The position numbers were made by a program, and so were the translations under genes. Under the pieces are notes generated by a model. It did not search any database and had not been told where the DNA came from. It was given only the letters and a program-made list of their open reading frames with translations. From positions 4,096-36,095 of the forward strand of contig NZ_JAYKGW010000258.1 of assembly GCF_035285525.1 (NCBI RefSeq): 32,000 nt of DNA, given 5' to 3'. The DNA is from Okeania sp. Its GTDB lineage: Bacteria; Cyanobacteriota; Cyanobacteriia; Cyanobacteriales; Microcoleaceae. Shown here one piece after another: positions 16,980-26,174 of the stretch (positions are counted from its first letter, which is position 1; each line of letters opens with the position of its first letter).

Positions 16980-17729
16980 TTAATCACATTCAACCAAATT
17001 ACCAGCAGACACAAATCCTTGCAAAGGATAACTAATTTTTACCCATTTACGTCTTTCACCATTTTGATCAGGAATTAGTTGATAATTTTCTACTAAAGTA
17101 AGCTGACTATTAACAGGTACTTTTCCTTTATACTTGGAAAGTCTGGTAGCATCCTCCCTTACTGCTAAACCTCGTGGTGCTTTTTTACTATCAATTTCAC
17201 GGCATAAACTTTCATCTGTTTTTAATGTATAATCAGAAGTTGGAGATGTTTGTGTCGGTACATTATTGATAGGGGGATTTTGACCAGAATATTTTTCTGT
17301 ATTTTCTTCTTGAATGGATGTTTCTCCTGAATGATTTTCTGCCACTTCAGAACATTCTATTAAGTTAATTTCATTGCCAGGAAAACCAATAGAAACAAAC
17401 CCCGCAATAGGAAAATTTATTTCCACCCAGGTTCGACCTGCGGGACCTCTAATATTTAGATAACCTGGAATTAATTTTACTTGTTGATTAGGATTTAAAC
17501 TGCCAACTTTAGGAGAATTAGGGGTTGGTCTTTTCTGAACAGTTAAACCTTGTTTGTTATTGACTAAACGACATAAACTAGCAGCTTCTTGAGATACTTC
17601 AATAACTTCTGGAGATATTTGAGTAGTTTCTTCAGATACCTGGGAAGTTTGGATACTGGTAATAGCTTTTTTAGTAATATTACCAACTATCATTAACATT
17701 AATATTAACAATGCCAGTGATTGACGCAT
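16980..17729 (-). CDS. Secreted or membrane-anchored protein with two SH3b-like domains.
   Basis: N-terminal hydrophobic signal or anchor (LALLILMLMIVG). Two paralogous about 70-aa modules, each bracketed by Cys and ending W(V)(E/K)I..P..GFVS.G. Confidence 0.7.
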   Translation of the reverse strand: MRQSLALLILMLMIVGNITKKAITSIQTSQVSEETTQISPEVIEVSQEAASLCRLVNNKQGLTVQKRPTPNSPKVGSLNPNQQVKLIPGYLNIRGPAGRTWVEINFPIAGFVSIGFPGNEINLIECSEVAENHSGETSIQEENTEKYSGQNPPINNVPTQTSPTSDYTLKTDESLCREIDSKKAPRGLAVREDATRLSKYKGKVPVNSQLTLVENYQLIPDQNGERRKWVKISYPLQGFVSAGNLVECD

Positions 17730-17734
17730 AATTA

Positions 17735-18167
17735 AGCAAGAAGGAAGAAGGAAGGAAGAAGGAAGGGGTAGATAATTAACAATTAAAAATTACTAAAAAA
17801 TGAGGTCTAAAGCCTCCCTTTTTAAGGGGATGAAAAAATTTTAACTCAGTATTTAAAGCCTCCGACTTTAGTCAAAGGTTAACTGATAACTGATAACTAA
17901 AATTACCTATTTTTACAAAGAATAAAATTAGCCAAAAGATTTTTTTCTTTTTTTCTCCGTGAATGAAGAACCTTTATGACTTGATTTTTCAGTAAATGTA
18001 AATTTTGAAGGAAGAATGAAGAAGAAAGAAGAAAGAAAGGGTAAATAATTAACAATTAAAAGTTACCTATTCTTACAAAGAAGAAGATTAGCCCCAAATT
18101 TTTTTCTTTTTTCTCCGTGAATGAAGAACCTTTATGACTTGATTTTTCAGTAAATGTAAATGTTGAA
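17735..18167. repeat. Tandem duplication of a ~160-bp unit. Each unit runs from a purine-rich GAAGGAAG tract to GTAAATGTAAAT(T/G)TTGAA. Copy 1 is interrupted by a MITE.
   Basis: ATAATTAACAATTAAAA, TTACAAAGAA and CTCCGTGAATGAAGAACCTTTATGACTTGATTTTTCAGTAAATGTAAAT are each present twice in the same order. Confidence 0.85.
17794..17906 (-). mobile_element. Hairpin MITE insertion (same family as 15722-15849) with an apparent 8-bp target-site duplication, AAAATTAC.
   Basis: AAAATTAC at 17786-17793 and again at 17899-17906. The paralogous empty site in copy 2 reads CAATTAAAAGTTACCTATTC (18053-18072). Confidence 0.8.
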
Positions 18168-18329
18168 AAAAAGGGAGAAATAATCAAGTATTGACTCTTC
18201 ATTATTAATGGATAATTGCCTCTGGTTAAAACCTAGAGCATTGAGGCAAGTGGGGGAATCTGATTTATTTTTTCTCCTAAATTAAGGATAGAATTTCCCA
18301 AAAATAGATTAATTATTAATTAGCCATTG

Positions 18330-18606
18330 GTAAGCATTCAACTCTTAGCTTTCAGCTATTAAAAATAAAACTTCTATTGAATAGATATAGAAGTAAATTT
18401 TAAAATTTTGTAGTAGTATTAAACTCTGGCTTAATAACATATAAACATTCAGCTATTAGCCGTCAGCTCTCAGCTTTTTAACGAATGAAGTAACTATTCG
18501 TTTAATTTATACTAACTTTTTAACCATAGAATTGAACCAGAAGAAAGACGAGCTTATTTCAAAGGTAATAAAGCTAATAGCTAATAGCTGACTGCTGAAT
18601 CCTTAC
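18330..18606. repeat. Cluster of three SDR-like modules (18330-18360, 18445-18475, 18572-18606).
   Basis: GTAAGCATTCAACTCTTAGCTTTCAGCTATT; ACATTCAGCTATTAGCCGTCAGCTCTCAGC; and, inverted, AGCTAATAGCTAATAGCTGACTGCTGAATCCTTAC. Confidence 0.75.
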
Positions 18607-18634
18607 CTTTATTTCTTCAAATAAATAAGGCTAG

Positions 18635-19630
18635 TTAAAACTGCTGTAAAAAGCGTAAGTCACTAGCATAAACTCGCCGAATATCATCAATTTGGTGTAA
18701 CACCATAGCAAATCTTTCTACTCCAAAACCTGCAGCAAAACCTGTATACTTTTCTGGATCATAACCCACAGCTTGCAAAACATTTGGGTCTACCATTCCA
18801 CAACCTAATACTTCTAACCATTTGCCATTCCATTCTAAATCTACTTCTGCTGAAGGTTCGGTAAATGGAAAATAACTAGCACGGAAACGAATAGGTAAAT
18901 CTCCAAACATTTGTCGCAGAAATTCTTTAATAGTTCCTTTCAGGTCAGAAAATCTTAACCCTTTATCTACTGCCAATAATTCAATTTGATGGAACACTGC
19001 TGCATGAGTTGCGTCTACTGTATCTCGACGATAAACACGACCAGGTGCAACAATTCGGATAGGTGGTTCATTTTTTTCCATGTAACGAATCTGGACTGAA
19101 GAAGTGTGAGTCCGCATTAAGTTTCCGTCTGGTAAGTAGAAAGTATCCTGCATATCTCTAGCAGGGTGGTCTGGTGGAGTATTTAGGGCTTCAAAGTTGT
19201 AATAGTCACTTTCCATTTCTGGACCAGTACAGGTTGTATACCCTAAACCAACGAAAATGTCAAGGGCACGATCTATCAAGCCATTTAGGGGATGAATTTT
19301 TCCTTGGGGACGGTGTACCCCTGGCATACTAACATCTAAGGTTTCAGCTTGAAGTTTAGCGACAATTTCTGCTGCTTGTAAATTACTACGTTTTTCGTCT
19401 AGGTTAGCTTGGATGGCTTGTTTAACTTCGTTGGCGATCGCTCCTACTTTTGGTCGTTCTTCAGGGCTAAGTTTACCCATTGCACCGAGTATTTTAGACA
19501 CTTGACCTTTTTTGCCTAGATAATTAATCCGTAAATCTTCTAATTTTTCTAGGCTTTCTGCGATGGCGATCGCTTCTGTTGCTGTTTGGCGTAATTCTTG
19601 TAATTGGGTTTCTATATCACTTATCTGCAT
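18635..19630 (-). CDS. pheS: Phenylalanine--tRNA ligase alpha subunit.
   Basis: [37 protein letters not shown] and [13 protein letters not shown] motifs. Confidence 0.97.
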   Translation of the reverse strand: MQISDIETQLQELRQTATEAIAIAESLEKLEDLRINYLGKKGQVSKILGAMGKLSPEERPKVGAIANEVKQAIQANLDEKRSNLQAAEIVAKLQAETLDVSMPGVHRPQGKIHPLNGLIDRALDIFVGLGYTTCTGPEMESDYYNFEALNTPPDHPARDMQDTFYLPDGNLMRTHTSSVQIRYMEKNEPPIRIVAPGRVYRRDTVDATHAAVFHQIELLAVDKGLRFSDLKGTIKEFLRQMFGDLPIRFRASYFPFTEPSAEVDLEWNGKWLEVLGCGMVDPNVLQAVGYDPEKYTGFAAGFGVERFAMVLHQIDDIRRVYASDLRFLQQF

Positions 19631-19763
19631 AATAATTGAATAATATTTACAATAATTTTATTTTTGGGCAAGTTTCAATGATAATTATTTATCATAAGAA
19701 ACAGTAGAAGCCAAGCATTTTATAAATAAGAAAAGATAATCTCTGTCTTTTCCCAGCTGCCGG

Positions 19764-19842
19764 GAAACCCTCCCCAGAAACCCTCCCCAGAAACCCTCCC
19801 CAGAAACTCGGTTTCTAAGTGAGTGAAACCGGGTTTCTAAGT
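19764..19842. repeat. 13-bp tandem repeat GAAACCCTCCCCA x3, followed by two GAAAC(T/C)(C/G)GGTTTCTAAGT palindromic units.
   Basis: Copies at 19764, 19777 and 19790; palindromic units at 19803-19820 and 19826-19842. Located in the pheS/surE divergent intergenic region. Confidence 0.9.
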
Positions 19843-19867
19843 TCCCTGTTCCCTATTACCTAAAAAA

Positions 19868-20671
19868 ATGAAAATATTGGTTAGTAACGACGATGGCATT
19901 TTTGCGGAAGGTATCCGGAGTTTAGCTAATAGTTTAGCTGCTGTAGGCCATGAAGTTGTTGTTGTTTGTCCTGACAAAGAACGTTCAGCTACAGGTCATG
20001 GTTTAACATTACATCAACCTATCCGGGCTGAAATTGTTAAATCAATTTTTGATGATAGTATAATAGCCTGGGCTTGTTCTGGTACTCCTGCTGACTGTGT
20101 AAAACTAGCTCTATTTGGCTTATTGGAAACTCAACCAGATTTAGTATTAGCGGGAATTAATCATGGCCCAAACTTAGGAACAGATATCTTATATTCTGGC
20201 ACTGTCTCGGCAGCGATGGAAGGAGCTGTTCAAAATATTCCTGGCATTGCTTTTAGTCTTGGCAGTTACACCTCTAGAGAGTTTGAGTTTGCTGCTCGGT
20301 TTGCTCAAAGTTTAGTGCAGAAAATAGAAAGCCAACCTTTAGAAAATTTAATGCTACTAAATGTAAATATTCCAGCAGTTGAAGAACAGGAAATAGCAGG
20401 AGTAAAAATTACTCGTCAAGGCATTCGTCGATACATAGATGTATTTGAAAAACGGGTTGATCCCCGTGGCAAAACTTACTATTGGTTAGCTGGAGAAGTG
20501 CAGGAAGATGTAGAAGAAACTGACGATCAACTCTTAGCAGCAAATTTACCAACAGATGTTCAGGCAATACGGGAAAAATATATTACCATTACTCCTTTGC
20601 AATATAACCTAACTTGTGGTAGGCAATTGAGCTATCTGGAAAACTGGCAAATTGATAATTTTAGTGAATAG
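19868..20671 (+). CDS. surE: 5'/3'-nucleotidase SurE.
   Basis: [20 protein letters not shown] and [11 protein letters not shown] motifs. Confidence 0.95.
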   Translation: MKILVSNDDGIFAEGIRSLANSLAAVGHEVVVVCPDKERSATGHGLTLHQPIRAEIVKSIFDDSIIAWACSGTPADCVKLALFGLLETQPDLVLAGINHGPNLGTDILYSGTVSAAMEGAVQNIPGIAFSLGSYTSREFEFAARFAQSLVQKIESQPLENLMLLNVNIPAVEEQEIAGVKITRQGIRRYIDVFEKRVDPRGKTYYWLAGEVQEDVEETDDQLLAANLPTDVQAIREKYITITPLQYNLTCGRQLSYLENWQIDNFSE

Positions 20672-20790
20672 TTAATACTAATAGAATAGAAGGTAGAGTT
20701 AAACTATAAAGGATAGGCTATATATTTCCAGATCAAAAAACTTCAGCCATCTAACCAATAATAATTTTTGTTAATTGAAAAAAATTAAGT

Positions 20791-21189
20791 ATGAGCGCTC
20801 CTACATCTAAGAGTAATTATGTAACCTGCCCAATTTGCAATCGTCATAGTATTGCACAATCCCTAGAAATATTCAATGGGCTATTTACCTGTCCATATTG
20901 TCATTCCCATTTGGTAATAAGTTGGAGCGGCCATTATGTCAAAGATCCCTTTACTCTTCAACAGTTAGGTATTGGACAAATGCTCAGAAAGCAAAGTAAA
21001 CCTTTGGCTAGGTTGCGTCGTGACTTGACTAGACAATATTTACCAATAGTTGCAATGATTGGTAGTGTAATATTTTTTGGGGGAGCGATCGCTACTTTAA
21101 ATATGTTTAATTTTAAGTTGGATATATTTTTTGGTGAAGTATTAGAGTGGGTGACAGAAAAAGACTTGTTGAAAAATGAGAGTAATTAA
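20791..21189 (+). CDS. Hypothetical zinc-ribbon membrane protein, 132 aa.
   Basis: CPIC...CPYC pairs form a putative zinc ribbon. One predicted TM helix (LPIVAMIGSVIFFGGAIATLNMF). Confidence 0.6.
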   Translation: MSAPTSKSNYVTCPICNRHSIAQSLEIFNGLFTCPYCHSHLVISWSGHYVKDPFTLQQLGIGQMLRKQSKPLARLRRDLTRQYLPIVAMIGSVIFFGGAIATLNMFNFKLDIFFGEVLEWVTEKDLLKNESN

Positions 21190-21269
21190 GTAGTTAGTGG
21201 TCGTATCAAGTCTGGCTATTGATAATTAATAATTAATAATTAATAATGAAAACTATCTCTCATTTACCA

Positions 21270-21405
21270 TAGTTAGGATTTGATGCTAACTTTTCCAACC
21301 TAACCGTAAAAAAATTGTACTTTTTCCAGATTCCAGATATAAAAATGCTGAAACATTTATCTGTAAATAATTTTAGGTTTAATCAGTAAGCTCTAATTAG
21401 GGTGT
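21270..21405. mobile_element. Partial (right-half) copy of the ~225-250 bp MITE family, abutting a full copy.
   Basis: GTACTTTTTCCAG ... TTTAGGTTTAATCAGTAAGCTCTAATT. Its end overlaps the left TIR of the next copy (CTCTAATTAGGG). Confidence 0.6.
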
Positions 21406-21636
21406 GCTGAATAAGTATTTTAGTAAGGGGGAAAAGTCATCAGTCAGGAGTTAGGATAAATAAGAGTTGTAGAGTAAGTAGTTAGAAGAATATATCCTTA
21501 ATTTTTCTGCCTCGCGTTACTCCAAAATACTCAGTTTTATAGCTATGTTAACCCAAAATTTGGTACTTTTTCACAACCTAAAAAGGCTAAAACTTTTGTC
21601 TGTAAATACTTTTAGGTTTAATCAGCAAGCCCTAAT
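21403..21636. mobile_element. Full copy of the ~225-250 bp MITE family. It ends 14 nt from the glycosyltransferase stop codon.
   Basis: TIR AATTAGGGTGTGCTGAATAAG ... TTTAATCAGCAAGCCCTAATT. Internal CCTTAATTTTTCTGCC and GGTACTTTTTCAC. Confidence 0.75.
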
Positions 21637-21649
21637 TATTAATTATTAA

Positions 21650-23341
21650 TTATTGCTCCTTGTCTTTGTATTTTTTTGTCACTAATGCCCATCCTTGAAC
21701 AGTATTCAAAACTTGAAAATTTTCAAGGGGAATATTATTTATATATAATGTTTCAACTAACAGATATGGTTGAGGTGTTTTTTGCCATTCCTCTTTAATT
21801 TTATCTGGTTTAATACGTTGAATTAAGCGATCGCTATAAAAATTTAAAGAGGGGCGGTTTCTATTATCAAAAGAATAAATAATCTGACCAGGTGGTGTAT
21901 TTTTTTGAATCATTTCTGCGACTGGTTTGACTGGATAATCTTCTGCTAATTCCCATATCCAATGAGGAGAACTAACAAATATTAGTAGTGAAACATAAGT
22001 TCCCCAAATTAAGATTGGTAAAAATTTATGGTCTTGTTGGTTTAAGAGTAAAGTTGCTATTGTCATTGTTAAGGCAAGAGCGAGAGAGATTAACTGTAAA
22101 TATAAATTAGGTTTGACTAAGTTTGATTCTCCATGCTGAAAAAAACCACTAAAGTAAAGACAAGCAACCCAAGCTAATAAAGATATTAGTGCAAATAATG
22201 CTACTATTAAACGATGATAAATAGTGGGAATATATTTGGTGTTTTTTTTATCTATAAAATGTCTATTAGTGGAAAACCAAAAGCAACCTAAATCTAATGG
22301 AAATTGATGCCAAATTTCTGTTAAATAAGTACCTACTGCTAAAGCAAAAACTGGATAAATAGGTAAGACATACCAGGGAAGTTTAGTATTCATTAATGAA
22401 ATAGCTAATAAATAGATTCCACTCCAAACTAAGATTAATTTTCCCCAACTAAAATTACGATTTTTCCAACTTAAATATAATCCTGGCAACCAAAATAATT
22501 GCCACGGAAAACTATACTCAATAATTTCTAATAAATAATACCAAATAGGTCCATCGTGACTACCTACAGGTTGCCAAATACGTTTTAGAGATTGATGGAA
22601 AAGATTAGCATGAAAAAATTCAATTCCGTAATGAAAAAATTGAGCTGTGTACCATAGAAAAACTGGTAGCATACCAAGTAGAATACCATTCCAGAAATAT
22701 TTACAAGTTAATAGTCTGGGAGTATCCCATAAAAGAAAGAAAAAAACAATTGTTCCTAAAAGTAATCCTAAAATAATTCCTTTACTGAGGGAAATTAAAG
22801 CTAAACTAATGCCAATAGCGAGAGAATAACGGAGATTATAACGCGAGCGTAATATAGACCAAATCATTAATAAAAAAAAACAAACTACGGCTCCATCTAA
22901 CATTGCTAAACGTCCATGTCGCACTACGGGTAATAAAGTTAAATAAACTAAAGAGGTAAAAATTGCTGGAGTGCGTGGGCGAAATAATTCTCTACTAATA
23001 CAGTAAATTAAGGGTACGGAAAATGCTGTTAATAAAGCAGGAAATAAACGGGCAGTTAATTCACTAACTCCGGCAATTTTATAGGCAAAAGCGATTAACC
23101 AATGTATTAATGGTGGTTTATTCAAATAGGGGGTATTGTTAATAGTAGGATAAAGCCAATTCCATTTTTCTCGACTAATTTCTCTAGCTACTTGGGCAAC
23201 TATTCCTTCATCCCAGTCTCGTAAAGTTAATGTTCCTAAATTAGTGAAAAAAAGTAGCATTGCTGCTAATAGTAAACTTATGATTAGTAGTAAATCTATG
23301 TGGGAATTTAAGTTTTTCTTGGTTAATATTTTATTAAGCAT
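21650..23341 (-). CDS. Glycosyltransferase family 39 (ArnT / PMT_2-like) integral membrane protein.
   Basis: About 12 or more hydrophobic segments. N-terminal loop RDWDEGIVAQVAREI plus NKPPLIHWLIA, typical of ArnT-like lipid-linked sugar transferases. Confidence 0.85.
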   Translation of the reverse strand: MLNKILTKKNLNSHIDLLLIISLLLAAMLLFFTNLGTLTLRDWDEGIVAQVAREISREKWNWLYPTINNTPYLNKPPLIHWLIAFAYKIAGVSELTARLFPALLTAFSVPLIYCISRELFRPRTPAIFTSLVYLTLLPVVRHGRLAMLDGAVVCFFLLMIWSILRSRYNLRYSLAIGISLALISLSKGIILGLLLGTIVFFFLLWDTPRLLTCKYFWNGILLGMLPVFLWYTAQFFHYGIEFFHANLFHQSLKRIWQPVGSHDGPIWYYLLEIIEYSFPWQLFWLPGLYLSWKNRNFSWGKLILVWSGIYLLAISLMNTKLPWYVLPIYPVFALAVGTYLTEIWHQFPLDLGCFWFSTNRHFIDKKNTKYIPTIYHRLIVALFALISLLAWVACLYFSGFFQHGESNLVKPNLYLQLISLALALTMTIATLLLNQQDHKFLPILIWGTYVSLLIFVSSPHWIWELAEDYPVKPVAEMIQKNTPPGQIIYSFDNRNRPSLNFYSDRLIQRIKPDKIKEEWQKTPQPYLLVETLYINNIPLENFQVLNTVQGWALVTKKYKDKEQ

Positions 23342-23689
23342 CCTATTATATTAAAAAATCAAGCGTGTGCTAGAGCAATCCTAAATTGGTTGTGACAAAA
23401 TTCCGTACTGAAAAAGTTTGGGAGAATCGAATATTTGACCATCTGCAAAAAACTTAAATAGTTACTTAACTACTTTAAAATAACTGCAAAGATGATATAA
23501 TTTTCTAATTAAATTTTTGGCTGGTAACCAAATATAGCAATCAGTGCTTATGTTATGATAAATTAAGAAAGTAAAGAAAAAAAACTGAACCTCCCACCTG
23601 TTAACTTTTCCCTAAAAAGCAGTTATATTTTTGACACAAATAAAATGGGATTGATATATTTATTTGAGTTTAAGAAAAAAGCTTGATTA

Positions 23690-23830
23690 GTTGAGGTAAG
23701 TTAAATTTTACTATCAAAGCCGAGTTGAAAAGTTATATTGGCTTAAAGCCATTTTCAGGTTTAGATAAAGTTTGCTGTTTATGCAGCATTTCGTACCGAA
23801 GACTTGATAGCTAATAACTAAATGCTTTTA
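23690..23830. repeat. Copy 4 of the ~170-190 bp dispersed element (degenerate).
   Basis: TTAAATTTTACTATCAAAGCCGA (23701-23723), GCTGTTTATGCAGCATTTCG, CTTGATAGCTAATAACTAAATGCTTT. Confidence 0.6.
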
Positions 23831-24001
23831 GAAAATGCTACTTTTTTTACATATAATCTTAGTAAGCAAAGTTTGCTATGATATCAAATATTGATATTAT
23901 TTAGTAAGCTTTTAGTCGTCAGCTTTCAAATATAGCAATTATAAATAGGTTGTATGTTTTGTATTGTTATAAGAAAAGCTGAATGCTCAATGCTTATACA
24001 G

Positions 24002-24205
24002 CAAATTCCAGGTAAATGAAGTACATATACAGGACTTACGCTACTATATGTAGATTTAAAAAACTACCAGTGCAATAGTTTTAAGCACTATATCTAGGGT
24101 GGCTGCGTAAGTCCTGATATATTCAGAATTAAATGTTTCTAGTGTGGGTATCTTGCCCGCGAGGGGTATACCTCACCTCTAGTGGAATCTCTATAAGTTC
24201 ATAAA
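24002..24205 (+). repeat. E1, a copy of a ~115-bp dispersed element with GC-rich core ATCTTGCCCGCGA (24150-24162). It is interrupted by an 87-bp MITE.
   Basis: Aligns with E2 (28352-28460) on both sides of the insertion. Confidence 0.8.
24030..24116. mobile_element. 87-bp MITE, CAGGACTTACGC ... GCGTAAGTCCTG, inserted into E1.
   Basis: Perfect 12-bp TIRs flanked by ATATA / ATATAT. The uninterrupted E2 reads GTACAGATATTCATAATT at the corresponding point (about 28371-28388). Confidence 0.85.
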
Positions 24206-24341
24206 CAAAATTTTTTAAATATTCATTCTTTTCACTGATAACTGAAATGACTCCCTGTTATCCTTCCCCTGCACCCTCTTTCAACTAGGAAATTGATTTT
24301 ATACAAATACTTATTATCTGTAGAATATAAGGGTAAATTTT

Positions 24342-25886
24342 ATGGTAAGTTTCGGCAAAAAAATTAATCATTTATTTCGCGAAGCTCAAGATATTATTTT
24401 ACAGGAATTACCACAACCTCTTGACCGAGTTGCTATTACTTTAATTATTAGTTTAATGGTGTTAACTTGCCTACTATTTGTAGGTGGAGGTAAGACTAAT
24501 CCTAAAGTTATAGATTTTAGCTGGCAAGATAAAAATATAGGAGCTGAAGATACAGCTTTTATTCTCAATTTTAATCGACCGATGAATCATACTACGGTTG
24601 AGAAAAATTTAACAATTGAACCATCTTTACCAGGAAAAATAAGTTGGGCAGGTCGCAGAATGGCTTATACTATTTTAGAATCTGCTCCTTATGGTAATCA
24701 ATATACTGTCAAATTATCTGGGGCAAAAGAGAGGTTTTATGGAGTAGATCAAGGGGAGGTAATGCAGCCTTTTCAAGGTTCATTTAAAAGTCGTGATCGC
24801 GCATTTGTTTATATAGGTTTTGAGGGTGAAGAAAAGGGTAGGTTAGTATTAATTAATTTGAGTAAGGAACAGTTACCAATATTACTCACACCTAAAAATT
24901 TAGAAGTAATAGATTTTAAGTTTTTTCCAGAGGGAAAAAAGATTTTATTTTCGGCAGTTGAAAAGTATGATGAAGTTCCAAGTCTTTTAGAACAAAAAAT
25001 ATATACTGTGACAACTGGGATTAATTCTGAATCTTTAGAAGAGGAATCAAAGTCTTCTGAAACTGTAGTTAAAATTGAAAAAATTCTAGATAATGTAGAT
25101 TATCAAAACTTGAAGTTTGACCTATCTCCTGATGGAAAAGTAATTATAATTCAACGAATAAATCGACAAGATGTTTCCGATGGAGGTCCGTGGGTTTTGG
25201 AATTAGGAAAAGAGCCACGACCACTAACAAATAAGGAGGGAAAAATTCAAAAAGGTGGAGATTTTTTAATTACTCCAGATAGCAAGAGCTTAGCAATTCT
25301 ACAGGGAGAAGGAACTTCTATTGTACCAATTAATCCGGAAACAGATGCAGGAGATTTAATATTTTTACCAAAGTTTGGCAGAGTATTGAGTTTTTCTCCA
25401 GATGCTTCTTTGGCAACAATGGTAAAATATAATCAAGATGGTACGCGAGCGCTATATATTGTGACTAATCAAGGTGATGAGGAAGAGGTATTACAGACTC
25501 CTGCTTTTGGTGATATTATTAGTGCAGAATTTAACCAGGCTAAAACTATTTTATATTGTTTATTAACTGAATTAGGAAATGATAGATCAGAATATCAAGA
25601 AAAATCTTATATTGCAGCAATTGATATTAAGAGAAAGTTTTTAAGACCGTTAATTATTTTGCCAAACCAACGGGAAGTTAATCTGGATTTATCACCAGAT
25701 GGTTTAGTTTTATTATTCGACCAAATAGTAACAATTTCTAACCCAGAGGAAGAGGAAGAAAATAGAAAAATTAATCGTTTATGGATGTTACCTTTAGATT
25801 CAAAAATACCGGAAGATGATTCTCCTTGGAAATTACAACCAGAAGAATTAGGTTTAAATGGTTTTAATCCTCAGTGGACACCTTGA
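24342..25886 (+). CDS. Membrane-anchored protein with an SbsA/Big_5-like Ig domain and a TolB/PD40-like beta-propeller.
   Basis: N-terminal TM (VAITLIISLMVLTCLLFV). FNRPMNHTTVEKNLTIEPSLPGKISWAG is Ig-like. Repeated LSPDGK / ITPDSK / FSPDAS / LSPDGL propeller-blade motifs. Confidence 0.7.
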   Translation: MVSFGKKINHLFREAQDIILQELPQPLDRVAITLIISLMVLTCLLFVGGGKTNPKVIDFSWQDKNIGAEDTAFILNFNRPMNHTTVEKNLTIEPSLPGKISWAGRRMAYTILESAPYGNQYTVKLSGAKERFYGVDQGEVMQPFQGSFKSRDRAFVYIGFEGEEKGRLVLINLSKEQLPILLTPKNLEVIDFKFFPEGKKILFSAVEKYDEVPSLLEQKIYTVTTGINSESLEEESKSSETVVKIEKILDNVDYQNLKFDLSPDGKVIIIQRINRQDVSDGGPWVLELGKEPRPLTNKEGKIQKGGDFLITPDSKSLAILQGEGTSIVPINPETDAGDLIFLPKFGRVLSFSPDASLATMVKYNQDGTRALYIVTNQGDEEEVLQTPAFGDIISAEFNQAKTILYCLLTELGNDRSEYQEKSYIAAIDIKRKFLRPLIILPNQREVNLDLSPDGLVLLFDQIVTISNPEEEEENRKINRLWMLPLDSKIPEDDSPWKLQPEELGLNGFNPQWTP

Positions 25887-26032
25887 TAATTAATAATTAA
25901 TAATTAATAATGAAAACTAGGGTACATCTCAAGATTTGCCTAAATACTTTTTTCCTATTTCCTATTCCGTGAAAAAGAGACCAAACCCCTACGATGACTG
26001 ATAACTGAAAAAGGACAGGTTTCACCATCTCC

Positions 26033-26096
26033 GTAGGGGCGGGTCTCATCAGTAAGCTAACGAGTCTTCACGTTAAGCTAGCCAGACCCGCCCCCT
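26033..26096. repeat. GC-rich hairpin element GTAGGGGCGGGTCT...AGACCCGCCCCC.
   Basis: Same family as 10178-10240 (GTAGGGGCGGGTTT...AAACCCGCCCCCT). Confidence 0.75.
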
Positions 26097-26174
26097 TGGG
26101 TTTGAAGACCATACGATAAGTGATAACTTTTCCCCACTCCCTACTCCCTAAATCAGAATAATCAAGTAATTTAT

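Noticed and set aside
22647-22829. Track ORF antisense to the GT39 gene. The same reasoning applies to 24386-24568, 26627-26830 and 29042-29302.
   Set aside because: Shadow ORFs inside supported CDSs. 29042-29302 additionally reads through the heptamer array.
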